Positions 50,754 to 64,000 of a stretch of DNA of 64,000 nucleotides are shown piece by piece (within the stretch, counting starts at the first letter, position 1; every line of letters starts with the position of its first letter). The position numbers were made by a program, and so were the translations under genes. Source of the stretch: Eledone cirrhosa (Eukaryota); the NCBI GenBank assembly GCA_964016885.1, contig OZ024743.1, positions 51,336,001-51,400,000 on the forward strand, written 5' to 3'. The notes under the pieces are model-generated. The model was given only the letters and a program-made list of their open reading frames with translations, searched no databases and had not been told where the DNA came from.

Positions 50754-51439
50754 CTACAATGTAAGGAAGTAATCCTTTTAATACCAAACGTAGAGAACAT
50801 AAGTCTTTAGTGATTGTGATGGGCATGGAATGTAAGGGAGTAAGACATTTAAACCGGTCGTATCTGAACAGAATTCTCTCACCTTTTTCTGTTCAAACTG
50901 GCTGTAACTGGCCACTCATACTGATGTTAAGGTATTGTTCTCAAAATAAATAATATTAAAATCTCATAGACTCAATATTATGTGAGATATTATGTAAGAT
51001 AAATTGTTTACCATGAAAATACAATAGTATATATAGAGTAATGTGAATGCTAGAGGGTTAGACTGCCTGTATCAATAGAAAGTGCAGTAGTAAGACATTC
51101 CTGTAAAGTACAAAACAACATTATGACTGCATCACATTAACAATTAAGTCTTTATTCTAATATTGCAAAATTTCACAATAAACTCTCTACAAGTAAAGAT
51201 ACTATAAACATTTGAATTAACAAACCAAATGAAACAGCATTAAATCTGCCATTGATCAAAAAATGGCGAAAGCTGAAAGAAGGAAAAGAAGAAAAGCAAA
51301 TGAATCATCAATGGAGGCTGCAATTAGACGATTGCAAGATGCTGAATGTAAGGCTACTGCAAGAGCATTAGAAAACTATGAGCAGTGTTGTATTTAAGAA
51401 ATAGGTTACTTATGTACTCCGGATGGTCATGGGCACATT

Positions 51440-51742
51440 CATTTTTCCAGATATTGATTATAGAGTCCCCTGGGGGCAAATAACCTCCTTTAACCACTTC
51501 CTTGGAGTTGACTGAAGCACTGCAGTGCAATGCAACAAAATGTCATAACTTCTGGAGTTCGCAACCGATTTTCACCAAACTTGTCACATATTGAGTAGGG
51601 GATCCCTGGGGGCAGGAACCCCTTTTGTTAAAAGCCAATGATTTTATACAAGTATAGTTTTCGAAGTAGCACTGAAGTATTGACATGAATGCTATACATG
51701 ACTACTATTTAATACCCGAGCAATGCCGGGTACCTCTGCTAG
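51440..51742 (+). mobile_element. Non-autonomous Helitron 3' end
   Basis: Subterminal hairpin ACCCGaGC-AAT-GCCGGGT followed by CTAG|T (51714-51743); 5' boundary uncertain. Confidence 0.7.
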
Positions 51743-52752
51743 TATTTCATAAACAACTTCTAACTCCTCATATGAAATATAAGGTAAAAGTGTATTTCTA
51801 ATCCACATCTATTAGTTTTCTTAAAACCACTTTAGCTATAAATCTTATACAAACTATATTACTGAAGTAAATTTTGTCTAAATTACTGAGATGAGGAATT
51901 ATTAGTGATTTATAAACTGATTTATTCAGACTAGTGTTTTCATTTGAGCTATTCTAGTCACAATGCTTTAGTTGTTGTTCCCTCTGAACAAGTATCCTCA
52001 CATTGATCGTTATAATCAGAAGATTTCAGCTGCTGTGCCCTATGGCCATTGTCCTGTTGTATTTAATATTAGCTGATTTATTCAAACTAGTGTTTTCACC
52101 TTGGTTATTACAATTACATGATGTCACTGGTGCCAAGCTGTATCAGTCATTGCCTTTCCCTTTGACAACATCGGTGGCTTAGAGAGGGGAGGCTGGTATG
52201 CATGGGCAATTACTGGTCTTCCACAAAAACACCTTGCCCAGACTTGTACCTCGGAGGGAAACTTTCTAGGTGCAAAACCATGGTCATTTGTGACCAAGTG
52301 GGGGCAAAGCAATTACAATGTTTCAGCTGTGGTATTTTCCAGCCTTCCTTGGGTGCCTTGTTGTATTTGATAACAATCTGGGAATTTTTAATTGAACCCA
52401 TCATTAAAACTGTGGAGCTTGGAATGATGGGTTTGGTTTGTATTATATTCTTCCTGGTACTAACACACTTCTAACACACAGAGATATGGTGTACCTATTC
52501 TTAACCAAATACACACAATTTTATGGCTGAAAGCCCTTCCCGACATCAACTCTTTTTATTACCATCTACCCTGCTTAGAGATATGATGTACTTTTTAAAA
52601 ACTGGATACACAATCTTGTAGATGCCCTTCCTGACACCAACTCATTTAGATGCTTCTTATGGCATACAGAGATATGGTGTACCTATTCTAAACACTACAA
52701 CATTTTTGTAACCAACCGAATATGGAAAATATCAATAACTGTAGTTACTTAC

Positions 52753-52874
52753 CAAGGCAACTGTGACCATAGTGGATCATAAAATCTGCCCCAAGAGCTT
52801 TTGCTGTGAAGTCATCGATACAGCAGGCTCCATAAGTGACATCCCCCATGATAAGGGTATCTGCATCAGTGAAC
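52753..52874 (-). CDS. DPH1: DPH1 (diphthamide biosynthesis 1), first visible internal exon
   Basis: [40 protein letters not shown], a hallmark DPH1 motif with an Fe-S ligand Cys; ttag / G|gtaagt. Confidence 0.96.
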
Positions 52875-53590
52875 CTAACAAAAAGAGAAATATCAATAAA
52901 TAAATTGATAAAAATATCACTGTTATTGTTTAGCCCCAGATCAGTCCCAATCAAGAGACCTTCCAGTCATCACAATATCCCCTTTGTTTGTTTTTTAAAA
53001 GTAGTGGATGACATTATCAAATGTGTCCTTCCTTTTTTTTTTTTTAGAAAGTTGGATATGATTGGAGGGGGATTTAGTCATTGTTTCTAGCAGGTTGAGT
53101 GACTAAATAGAGGATCCCAGATTAAGGTCATATTGAGGACTCTCCAGTAATTCTAATGATGATTTGTTGAAAATATGAAAAAGAAAGGCAGGATGGCCAT
53201 GAGAAAATCATTTAATCATAGGTCTACTCAATCAGGGCTGGCCTGGGGCTAAACATTGTGTAAAAATATGTAAATGTTTTCTCAGTCAGAAGGGGGTTAA
53301 GTGCTTTGTAACCATGGCAACTGAGAGACCCTCGCCTATCTCAGTATATATTCTTTGTCTAAAATACACAAAAACACAATGAGAGAGCTGCTACGAGGTC
53401 ATATGTCCTGCTAGAAATAGCAGCAAAATTTCCCTCAAATGACATCCTACCTTTTTAAGTAAAAATAGGAAACAATGTAGTAGATCATCATCATCAGCCA
53501 CTTTTCCAAGCTGACAGGGTTTTGATGAACCTGTTTTTCTACGACTTGGTATTTATAACATAACAAAAGACATACCAAATATACTTGAAG

Positions 53591-56500
53591 ATAAGCCAAC
53601 CCCCTATTGTGTCTGATAAATGGGAACAATTGAAAGCCAGTCTATAAGCCAACCCCCTATTGTGTCTGATAAATGGCAACAATTGAAAGCCAGTCTATAA
53701 GCCAAACCCCTATTGTGTCTGATAAATGGCAACAATTGAAAGCCAGTCTATAAGCCAACCCCCTATTGTGTCTGATAAATGGGAACAATTGAAAGCCAGT
53801 CTATAAGCCAACCCCCTATTGTGTCTGATAAATGGCAACAATTGAAAGCCAGTCTATAAGCCAACTCCCTATTGTGTCTGATAAATGGGAACAATTGAAA
53901 GCCAGTCTATAGGCCAACCCCCTATTGTGTCTGATAAATGGGAACAATTGAAAGCCAGTCTATAAGCCAACCCCCTATTGTGTCTGATAAATGGCAACAA
54001 TTGAAAGCCAGTCTATAAGCCAACCCCCTATTGTGTCTGATAAATGGGAACAATTGAAAGCCAGTCTATAAGCCAACCCCCTATTGTGTCTGATAAATGG
54101 CAACAATTGAAAGCCAGTCTATAAGCCAACTCCCTATTGTGTCTGATAAATGGGAACAATTGAAAGCCAGTCTATAAGCCAACCCCCTATTGTGTCTGAT
54201 AAATGGCAACAATTGAAAGCCAGTCTATAAGCCAACCCCCTATTGTGTCTGATAAATGGGAACAATTGAAAGCCAGTCTATAAGCCAACCCCCTATTGTG
54301 TCTGATAAATGGGAACAATTGAAAGCCAGTCTATAAGCCAACCCCCTATTGTGTCTGATAAATGGCAACAATTGAAAGCCAGTCTATAAGCCAAACCCCT
54401 ATTGTGTCTGATAAATGGCAACAATTGAAAGCCAGTCTATAAGCCAACCCCCTATTGTGTCTGATAAATGGGAACAATTGAAAGCCAGTCTATAAGCCAA
54501 CCCCCTATTGTGTCTGATAAATGGCAACAATTGAAAGCCAGTCTATAGGCCAACCCCCTATTGTGTCTGATAAATGGCAACAATTGAAAGCCAGTCTATA
54601 AGCCAAACCCCTATTGTGTCTGATAAATGGCAACAATTGAAAGCCAGTCTATAAGCCAACCCCCTATTGTGTCTGATAAATGGGAACAATTGAAAGCCAG
54701 TCTATAAGCCAACCCCCTAATGTGTCTGATAAATGGTAACAATTGAAAGCCAGTCTATAAGCCAACCCCCTATTGTGTCTGATAAATGGCAACAATTGAA
54801 AGCCAGTCTATAAGCCAACCCCCTATTGTATCTGATAAATGGGAACAATTGAAAGCCAGTCTATAAGCCAACCCCCTATTGTGTCTGATAAATGGGAACA
54901 ATTGAAAGCCAGTCTATAAGCCAACACCCTATTGTGTCTGATAAATGGGAACAATTGAAAGCCAGTCTGTAAGCCAACCCCCTATTGTGTCTGATAAATG
55001 GCAACAATTGAAAGCCAGTCTATAAGCCAACCCCCTATTGTGTCTGATAAATGGCAACAATTGAAAGCCAGTCTGTAAGCCAACCCCCTATTGTGTCTGA
55101 TAAATGGCAACAATTGAAAGCCAGTCTATAAGCCAACTCCCTATTGTGTCTGATAAATGGCAACAATTGAAAGCCAGTCTATAAGCCAACTCCCTATTGT
55201 GTCTGATAAATGGCAACAATTGAAAGCCAGTCTATAAGCCAACCCCCTATTGTGTCTGATAAATGGCAACAATTGAAAGCCAGTCTATAAGCCAAACCCC
55301 TATTGTGTCTGATAAATGGCAACAATTGAAAGCCAGTCTATAAGCCAACTCCCTATTGTGTCTGATAAATGGCAACAATTGAAAGCCAGTCTATAAGCCA
55401 ACCCCCTATTGTGTCTGATAAATGGCAACAATTGAAAGCCAGTCTATAAGCCAACCCCCTATTGTGTCTGATAAATGGGAACAATTGAAAGCCAGTCTAT
55501 AAGCCAACCCCCTATTGTGTCTGATAAATGGCAACAATTGAAAGCCAGTCTATAAGCCAACCCCCTATTGTGTCTGATAAATGGCAACAATTGATAGCCA
55601 GTCTATAAGCCAACCCCCTATTGTGTCTGATAAATGGGAACAATTGAAAGCCAGTCTATAAGCCAACCCCCTATTGTGTCTGATAAATGGCAACAATTGA
55701 AAGCCAGTCTATAAGCCAACCCCCTATTGTGTCTGATAAATGGCAACAATTGAAAGCCAGTCTATAAGCCAACCCCCTATTGTGTCTGATAAATGGGAAC
55801 AATTGAAAGCCAGTCTATAAGCCAACCCCCTATTGTGTCTGATAAATGGCAACAATTGAAAGCCAGTCTATAAGCCAACCCCCTATTGTGTCTGATAAAT
55901 GGGAACAATTGAAAGCCAGTCTATAAGCCAACCCCCTATTGTGTCTGATAAATGGCAACAATTGAAAGCCAGTCTATAAGCCAACCCCCTATTGTGTCTG
56001 ATAAATGGCTACAATTGAAAGCCAGTCTATAAGCCAACCCCCTATTGTGTCTGATAAATGGCAACAATTGAAAGCCAGTCTATAAGCCAACCCCCTATTG
56101 TGTCTGATAAAGGGCAACAATTGAAAGCCAGTCTATAAGCCAACTCCCTATTGTGTCTGATAAATGGCAACAATTGAAAGCCAGTCTATAAGCCAACCCC
56201 CTATTGTGTCTGATAAATGGCAACAATTGAAAGCCAGTCTATAAGCCAAACCCCTATTGTGTCTGATAAATGGCAACAATTGAAAGCCAGTCTATAAGCC
56301 AACCCCCTATTGTGTCTGATAAATGGCAACAATTGAAAGCCTGTCTATAAGCCAACCCCCTATTGTGTCTGATAAATGGCAACAATTGAAAGCCAGTCTA
56401 TAAGCCAACTCCCTATTGTGTCTGATAAATGGCAACAATTGAAAGCCAGTCTATAAGCCAACCCCCTATTGTGTCTGATAAATGGCAACAATTGAAAGCC

Positions 56501-59500
56501 AGTCTATAAGCCAACTCCCTATTGTGTCTGATAAATGGCAACAATTGAAAGCCAGTCTATAAGCCAACCCCCTATTGTGTCTGATAAATGGCAACAATTG
56601 AAAGCCAGTCTATAAGCCAACCCCCTATTGTCTGATAAATGGGAACAATTGAAAGCCAGTCTATAAGCCAACCCCCTATTGTGTCTGATAAATGGGAACA
56701 ATTGAAAGCCAGTCTATAAGCCAACCCCCTATTGTGTCTGATAAATGGGAACAATTGAAAGCCAGTCTATAAGCCAACCCCTATTGTGTCTGATAAATGG
56801 GAACAATTGAAAGCCAGTCTATAAGCCAACCCCCTATTGTGTCTGATAAATGGCAACAATTGAAAGCCAGTCTATAAGCCAACTCCCTATTGTGTCTGAT
56901 AAATGGGAACAATTGAAAGCCAGTCTATAAGCCAACCCCCTATTGTGTCTGATAAATGGCAACAATTGAAAGCCAGTCTGTAAGCCAACCCCCTATTGTG
57001 TCTGATAAATGGGAACAATTGAAAGCCAGTCTATAAGCCAAACCCCTATTGTGTCTGATAAATGGCAACAATTGAAAGCCAGTCTATAAGCCAACCCCCT
57101 ATTGTGTCTGATAAATGGGAACAATTGAAAGCCAGTCTATAAGCCAACCCCCTATTGTCTGATAAATGGGAACAATTGAAAGCCAGTCTATAAGCCAACC
57201 CCCTATTGTGTCTGATAATTGGGAAGAATTGAAAGCCAGTCTATAAACCAACCCCTATTGTGTCTGATAAATGGGAAGAATTGAAAGCCAGTCTATAAGC
57301 CAACCCCCTATTGTGTCTGATAAATGGCAACAATTGAAAGCCAGTCTATAAGCCAACCCCCTATTGTGTCTGATAAATGGCAACAATTGAAAGCCAGTCT
57401 ATAAGCCAACCCCCTATTGTGTCTGATAAATGGCAACAATTGAAAGCCAGTCTATAAGCCAACCCCCTATTGTCTGATAAATGGGAACAATTGAAAGCCA
57501 GTCTATAAGCCAACCCCCTATTGTGTCTGATAAATGGGAACAATTGAAAGCCAGTCTATAAGCCAACCCCCTATTGTGTCTGATAAATGGGAACAATTGA
57601 AAGCCAGTCTATAAGCCAACCCCGTATTGTGTCTGATAAATGGGAACAATTGAAAGCCAGTCTGTAAGCCAACCCCCTATTGTGTCTGATAAATGGCAAC
57701 AATTGAAAGCCAGTCTATAAGCCAACCCCCTATTGTGTCTGATAAATGGGAACAATTGAAAGCCAGTCTATAAGCCAACCCCCTATTGTGTCTGATAAAT
57801 GGCAACAATTGAAAGCCAGTCTATAAGCCAAACCCCTATTGTGTCTGATAAATGGCAACAATTGAAAGCCAGTCTATAAGCCAACTCCCTATTGTGTCTG
57901 ATAAATGGCAACAATTGAAAGCCAGTCTATAAGCCAACCCCCTATTGTGTCTGATAAATGGCAACAATTGAAAGCCAGTCTATAAGCCAACCCCCTATTG
58001 TGTCTGATAAATGGGAACAATTGAAAGCCAGTCTATAAGCCAACCCCCTATTGTGTCTGATAAATGGCAACAATTGAAAGCCAGTCTATAAGCCAACCCC
58101 CTATTGTGTCTGATAAATGGCAACAATTGATAGCCAGTCTATAAGCCAACCCCCTATTGTGTCTGATAAATGGGAACAATTGAAAGCCAGTCTATAAGCC
58201 AACCCCCTATTGTGTCTGATAAATGGCAACAATTGAAAGCCAGTCTATAAGCCAACCCCCTATTGTGTCTGATAAATGGCAACAATTGAAAGCCAGTCTA
58301 TAAGCCAACCCCCTATTGTGTCTGATAAATGGGAACAATTGAAAGCCAGTCTATAAGCCAACCCCCTATTGTGTCTGATAAATGAGAACAATTGAAAGCC
58401 AGTCTATAAGCCAACCCCCTATTGTGTCTGATAAATGGGAACAATTGAAAGCCAGTCTATAAGCCAACCCCCTATTGTCTGATAACTGGGAACAATTGAA
58501 AGCCAGTCTATAAGCCAATCCCCTATTGTGTCTGATAAATGGGAAGAATTGAAAGCCAGTCTATAAACCAACTCCCTATTGTGTCTGATAAATGGCAACA
58601 ATTGAAAGCCAGTCTATAAGCCAACCCCCTATTGTGTCTGATAAATGGCAACAATTGAAAGCCAGTCTATAAGCCAACCCCCTATTGTGTCTGATAAATG
58701 GGAACAATTGAAAGCCAGTCTATAAGCCAACCCCCTATTGTGTCTGATAAATGGCAACAATTGAAAGCCAGTCTATAAGCCAACCCCCTATTGTGTCTGA
58801 TAAATGGCAACAATTGAAAGCCAGTCTATAAGCCAACCCCCTATTGTCTGATAAATGGGAACAATTGAAAGCCAGTCTATAAGCCAACCCCCTATTGTGT
58901 CTGATAAATGGGAACAATTGAAAGCCAGTCTATAAGCCAACCCCCTATTGTGTCTGATAAATGGCAACAATTGAAAGCCAGTCTATAAGCCAACTCCCTA
59001 TTGTGTCCGATAAATGGGAACAATTGAAAGCCAGTCTATAAGCCAACCCCCTATTGTCTGATAAATGGCAACAATTGAAAGCCAGTCTATAAGCCAACCC
59101 CCTATTGTGTCTGATAAATGGGAACAATTGAAAGCCAGTCTATAAGCCAAACCCCTATTGTGTCTGATAAATGGGAACAATTGAAAGCCAGGCTATAAGC
59201 CAACCCCCTATTGTCTGATAAATGGGAACAATTGAAAGCCAGTCTATAAGCCAACCCCCTATTGTGTCTGATAAATGGGAAGGATCGAAAGCCAGTCTAT
59301 AAGCCAACCCCCTATTGTGTCTGATAAATGGCAACAATTGAAAGCCAGTCTATAAGCCAACCCCCTATTGTGTCTGATAAATGGCAACAATTGAAAGCCA
59401 GTCTATAAGCCAACCCCCTATTGTGTCTGATAAATGGGAACAATTGAAAGCCAGTCTATAAGCCAACCCCCTATTGTGTCTGATAAATGGCAACAATTGA

Positions 59501-62500
59501 AAGCCAGTCTATAAGCCAACTCCCTATTGTGTCTGATAAATTGCAACAATTGAAAGCCAGTCTATAAGCCAACCCCCTATTGTGTCTGATAAATGGCAAC
59601 AATTGAAAGCCAGTCTATAAGCCAACCCCCTATTGTGTCTGATAAATGGGAACAATTGAAAGCCAGTCTATAAGCCAACCCCCTATTGTGTCTGATAAAT
59701 GGCAACAATTGAAAGCCAGTCTATAAGCCAACCACTTATTGTGTCTGATAAATGGGAACAATTGAAAGCCAGTCTATAAGCCAACCCCCTATTGTCTGAT
59801 AAATGGGAACAATTGAAAGCCAGTCTATAAGCCAATCCCCTATTGTGTCTGATAAATGGGAAGAATTGAAAGCCAGTCTATAAGCCAACCCCTATTGTGT
59901 CTGATAAATGGGAACAATTGAAAGCCAATCTATAAGCCAACCCCCTATTGTGTCTGATAAATGGCAACAATTGAAAGCCAGTCTATAAGCCAACCCCCTA
60001 TTGTGTCTGATAAATGGCAACAATTGAAAGCCAGTCTATAAGCCAACCCCCTATTGTGTCTGATAAATGGCAACAATTGAAAGCCAGTCTATAAGCCAAC
60101 CCCCTATTGTCTGATAAATGGGAACAATTGAAAGCCAGTCTATAAGCCAACCCCCTATTGTGTCTGATAAATGGGAACAATTGAAAGCCAGTCTATAAGC
60201 CAACCCCCTATTGTGTCTGATAAATGGGAACAATTGAAAGCCAGTCTATAAGCCAACCCCGTATTGTGTCTGATAAATGGGAACAATTGAAAGCCAGTCT
60301 GTAAGCCAACCCCCTATTGTGTCTGATAAATGGCAACAATTGAAAGCCAGTCTATAAGCCAACCCCCTATTGTGTCTGATAAATGGGAACAATTGAAAGC
60401 CAGTCTATAAGCCAACCCCCTATTGTGTCTGATAAATGGCAACAATTGAAAGCCAGTCTATAAGCCAAACCCCTATTGTGTCTGATAAATGGCAACAATT
60501 GAAAGCCAGTCTATAAGCCAACTCCCTATTGTGTCTGATAAATGGCAACAATTGAAAGCCAGTCTATAAGCCAACCCCCTATTGTGTCTGATAAATGGCA
60601 ACAATTGAAAGCCAGTCTATAAGCCAACCCCCTATTGTGTCTGATAAATGGGAACAATTGAAAGCCAGTCTATAAGCCAACCCCCTATTGTGTCTGATAA
60701 ATGGCAACAATTGAAAGCCAGTCTATAAGCCAACCCCCTATTGTGTCTGATAAATGGGAACAATTGAAAGCCAGTCTATAAGCCAACCCCCTATTGTGTC
60801 TGATAAATGGCAACAATTGAAAGCCAGTCTATAAGCCAACCCCCTATTGTGTCTGATAAATGGCAACAATTGAAAGCCAGTCTATAAGCCAACCCCCTAT
60901 TGTGTCTGATAAATGGGAACAATTGAAAGCCAGTCTATAAGCCAACCCCCTATTGTGTCTGATAAATGAGAACAATTGAAAGCCAGTCTATAAGCCAACC
61001 CCCTATTGTGTCTGATAAATGGGAACAATTGAAAGCCAGTCTATAAGCCAACCCCCTATTGTCTGATAACTGGGAACAATTGAAAGCCAGTCTATAAGCC
61101 AATCCCCTATTGTGTCTGATAAATGGGAAGAATTGAAAGCCAGTCTATAAACCAACTCCCTATTGTGTCTGATAAATGGCAACAATTGAAAGCCAGTCTA
61201 TAAGCCAACCCCCTATTGTGTCTGATAAATGGCAACAATTGAAAGCCAGTCTATAAGCCAACCCCCTATTGTGTCTGATAAATGGGAACAATTGAAAGCC
61301 AGTCTATAAGCCAACCCCCTATTGTGTCTGATAAATGGCAACAATTGAAAGCCAGTCTATAAGCCAACCCCCTATTGTGTCTGATAAATGGCAACAATTG
61401 AAAGCCAGTCTATAAGCCAACCCCCTATTGTCTGATAAATGGGAACAATTGAAAGCCAGTCTATAAGCCAACCCCCTATTGTGTCTGATAAATGGGAACA
61501 ATTGAAAGCCAGTCTATAAGCCAACCCCCTATTGTGTCTGATAAATGGCAACAATTGAAAGCCAGTCTATAAGCCAACTCCCTATTGTGTCCGATAAATG
61601 GGAACAATTGAAAGCCAGTCTATAAGCCAACCCCCTATTGTCTGATAAATGGCAACAATTGAAAGCCAGTCTATAAGCCAACCCCCTATTGTGTCTGATA
61701 AATGGGAACAATTGAAAGCCAGTCTATAAGCCAAACCCCTATTGTGTCTGATAAATGGGAACAATTGAAAGCCAGGCTATAAGCCAACCCCCTATTGTCT
61801 GATAAATGGGAACAATTGAAAGCCAGTCTATAAGCCAACCCCCTATTGTGTCTGATAAATGGGAAGGATCGAAAGCCAGTCTATAAGCCAACCCCCTATT
61901 GTGTCTGATAAATGGCAACAATTGAAAGCCAGTCTATAAGCCAACCCCCTATTGTGTCTGATAAATGGCAACAATTGAAAGCCAGTCTATAAGCCAACCC
62001 CCTATTGTGTCTGATAAATGGGAACAATTGAAAGCCAGTCTATAAGCCAACCCCCTATTGTGTCTGATAAATGGCAACAATTGAAAGCCAGTCTATAAGC
62101 CAACTCCCTATTGTGTCTGATAAATTGCAACAATTGAAAGCCAGTCTATAAGCCAACCCCCTATTGTGTCTGATAAATGGCAACAATTGAAAGCCAGTCT
62201 ATAAGCCAACCCCCTATTGTGTCTGATAAATGGGAACAATTGAAAGCCAGTCTATAAGCCAACCCCCTATTGTGTCTGATAAATGGCAACAATTGAAAGC
62301 CAGTCTATAAGCCAACTCCCTATTGTGTCTGATAAATGGCAACAATTGAAAGCCAGTCTATAAGCCAACCCCCTATTGTGTCTGATAAATGGCAACAATT
62401 GAAAGCCAGTCTATAAGCCAACTCCCTATTGTGTCTGATAAATGGCAACATTTGAAAGCCAGTCTATAAGCCAACCCCCTATTGTGTCAGATAAATGGCA

Positions 62501-64000
62501 ACAATTGAAAGCCAGTCTATAAGCCAACCCCCTATTGTGTCTGATAAATGGGAACAATTGAAAGCCAGTCTATAAGCCAACCCCTATTGTGTCTGATAAA
62601 TGGGAACAATTGAAAGCCAGTCTATAAGCCAACCCCCTATTGTGTCTGATAAATGGCAACAATTGAAAGCCAGTCTATAAGCCAACTCCCTATTGTGTCT
62701 GATAAATGGGAACAATTGAAAGCCAGTCTATAAGCCAACCCCCTATTGTGTCTGATAAATGGGAACAATTGAAAGCCAGTCTATAAGCCAACCCCCTATT
62801 GTGTCTGATAAATGGGAACAATTGAAAGCCAGTCTATAAGCCAAACCCCTATTGTGTCTGATAAATGGCAACAATTGAAAGCCAGTCTATAAGCCAACCA
62901 CTTATTGTGTCTGATAAATGGGAACAATTGAAAGCCAGTCTATAAGCCAACCCCCTATTGTCTGATAAATGGGAACAATTGAAAGCCAGTCTATAAGCCA
63001 ATCCCCTATTGTGTCTGATAAATGGGAAGAATTGAAAGCCAGTCTATAAGCCAACCCCTATTGTGTCTGATAAATGGGAACAATTGAAAGCCAATCTATA
63101 AGCCAACCCCCTATTGTGTCTGATAAATGGCAACAATTGAAAGCCAGTCTATAAGCCAACCCCCTATTGTGTCTGATAAATGGCAACAATTGAAAGCCAG
63201 TCTATAAGCCAACCCCCTATTGTGTCTGATAAATGGCAACAATTGAAAGCCAGTCTATAAGCCAACCCCCTATTGTGTCTGATAAATGGGAACAATTGAA
63301 AGCCAGTCTATAAGCCAACCCCCTATTGTGTCTTATAAATGGCAAAAATTGAAAGCCAGTCTATAAGCCAACTCCCTATTGTGTCTGATAAATGGGAACA
63401 ATTGAAAGCCAGTCTATAAGCCAACCCCCTATTGTGCCTGATAAATGGCAACAATTGAAAGCCAGTCTATAAGCCAACCCCCTATTGTGTCTGATAAATG
63501 GGAACAATTGAAAGCCAGTCTATAAGCCAAACCCCTATTGTGTCTGATAAATGGGAACAATTGAAAGCCAGTCTATAAGCCAACCCCCTATTGTCTGATA
63601 AATGGGAACAATTGAAAGCCAGTCTATAAGCCAACCCCCTATTGTGTCTGATAAATGGGAAGAATTGAAAGCCAGTCTATAAGCCAACCCCCTATTGTCT
63701 GATAAATGGGAACAATTGAAAGCCAGTCTATAAGCCAACCCCCTATTGTGTCTGATAAATGGGAAGAATTGAAAGCCAGTCTATAAGCCAACCCCCTATT
63801 GTGTCTGATAAATGGCAACAATTGAAAGCCAGTCTATAAGCCAACCCCCTATTGTGTCTGATAAATGGCAACAATTGAAAGCCAGTCTATAAGCCAACCC
63901 CCTATTGTGTCTGATAAATGGCAACAATTGAAAGCCAGTCTATAAGCCAACCCCCTATTGTGTTTGATAAATGGGAACAATTGAAAGCCAGTCTATAAGC
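53591..64000. repeat. 53-bp tandem satellite, ~196 copies, truncated by window end; inside a DPH1 intron
   Basis: gataaatgg(c/g)aacaattgaaagccagtctataagccaaccccctattgtgtct; occasional 51- and 52-bp variants. Confidence 0.99.

Noticed and set aside
53447-53629. Possible missing DPH1 exon next to the satellite
   Set aside because: Translation shows no DPH1 similarity
53591-64000. CRISPR-like array or repeated small ORFs
   Set aside because: Units are contiguous with no unique spacers and no cas genes. The 60-aa ORFs arise where 51-bp variants shift frame.

Overview
Eukaryotic, AT-rich, repeat-dense genomic DNA. The SINE, RTE and microsatellite landscape is consistent with a cephalopod (Octopus-like) genome, which is an inference. 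Genes read directly from the sequence: a complete 6-exon SBDS gene (minus strand, 22691-28634, 252 aa), an intronless atypical class-A GPCR (plus, 31166-32107), and eight 3' exons of DPH1 (minus, 36346-52874). The 5' exons of DPH1 must lie beyond a >10 kb 53-bp satellite that fills the end of the window. A probable signal-peptide first exon of another minus-strand gene lies at 8338-8483, too short for the ORF track. The rest is decayed mobile DNA: CRE-like RLE retroposons, RTE LINEs carrying a PHD-type finger, Penelope-like GIY-YIG elements with many hammerhead-like motifs (often as inverted pairs), tRNA-derived SINEs, MITEs, a Helitron end and several minisatellites. No CRISPR, rRNA or true tRNA was seen. 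I cannot support a clearly new biological system. The best leads are the inverted hammerhead-like cassettes, the motif-degenerate GPCR, a candidate SBDS cassette exon, inverted repeats bracketing the SBDS promoter, and the higher-order intronic satellite.
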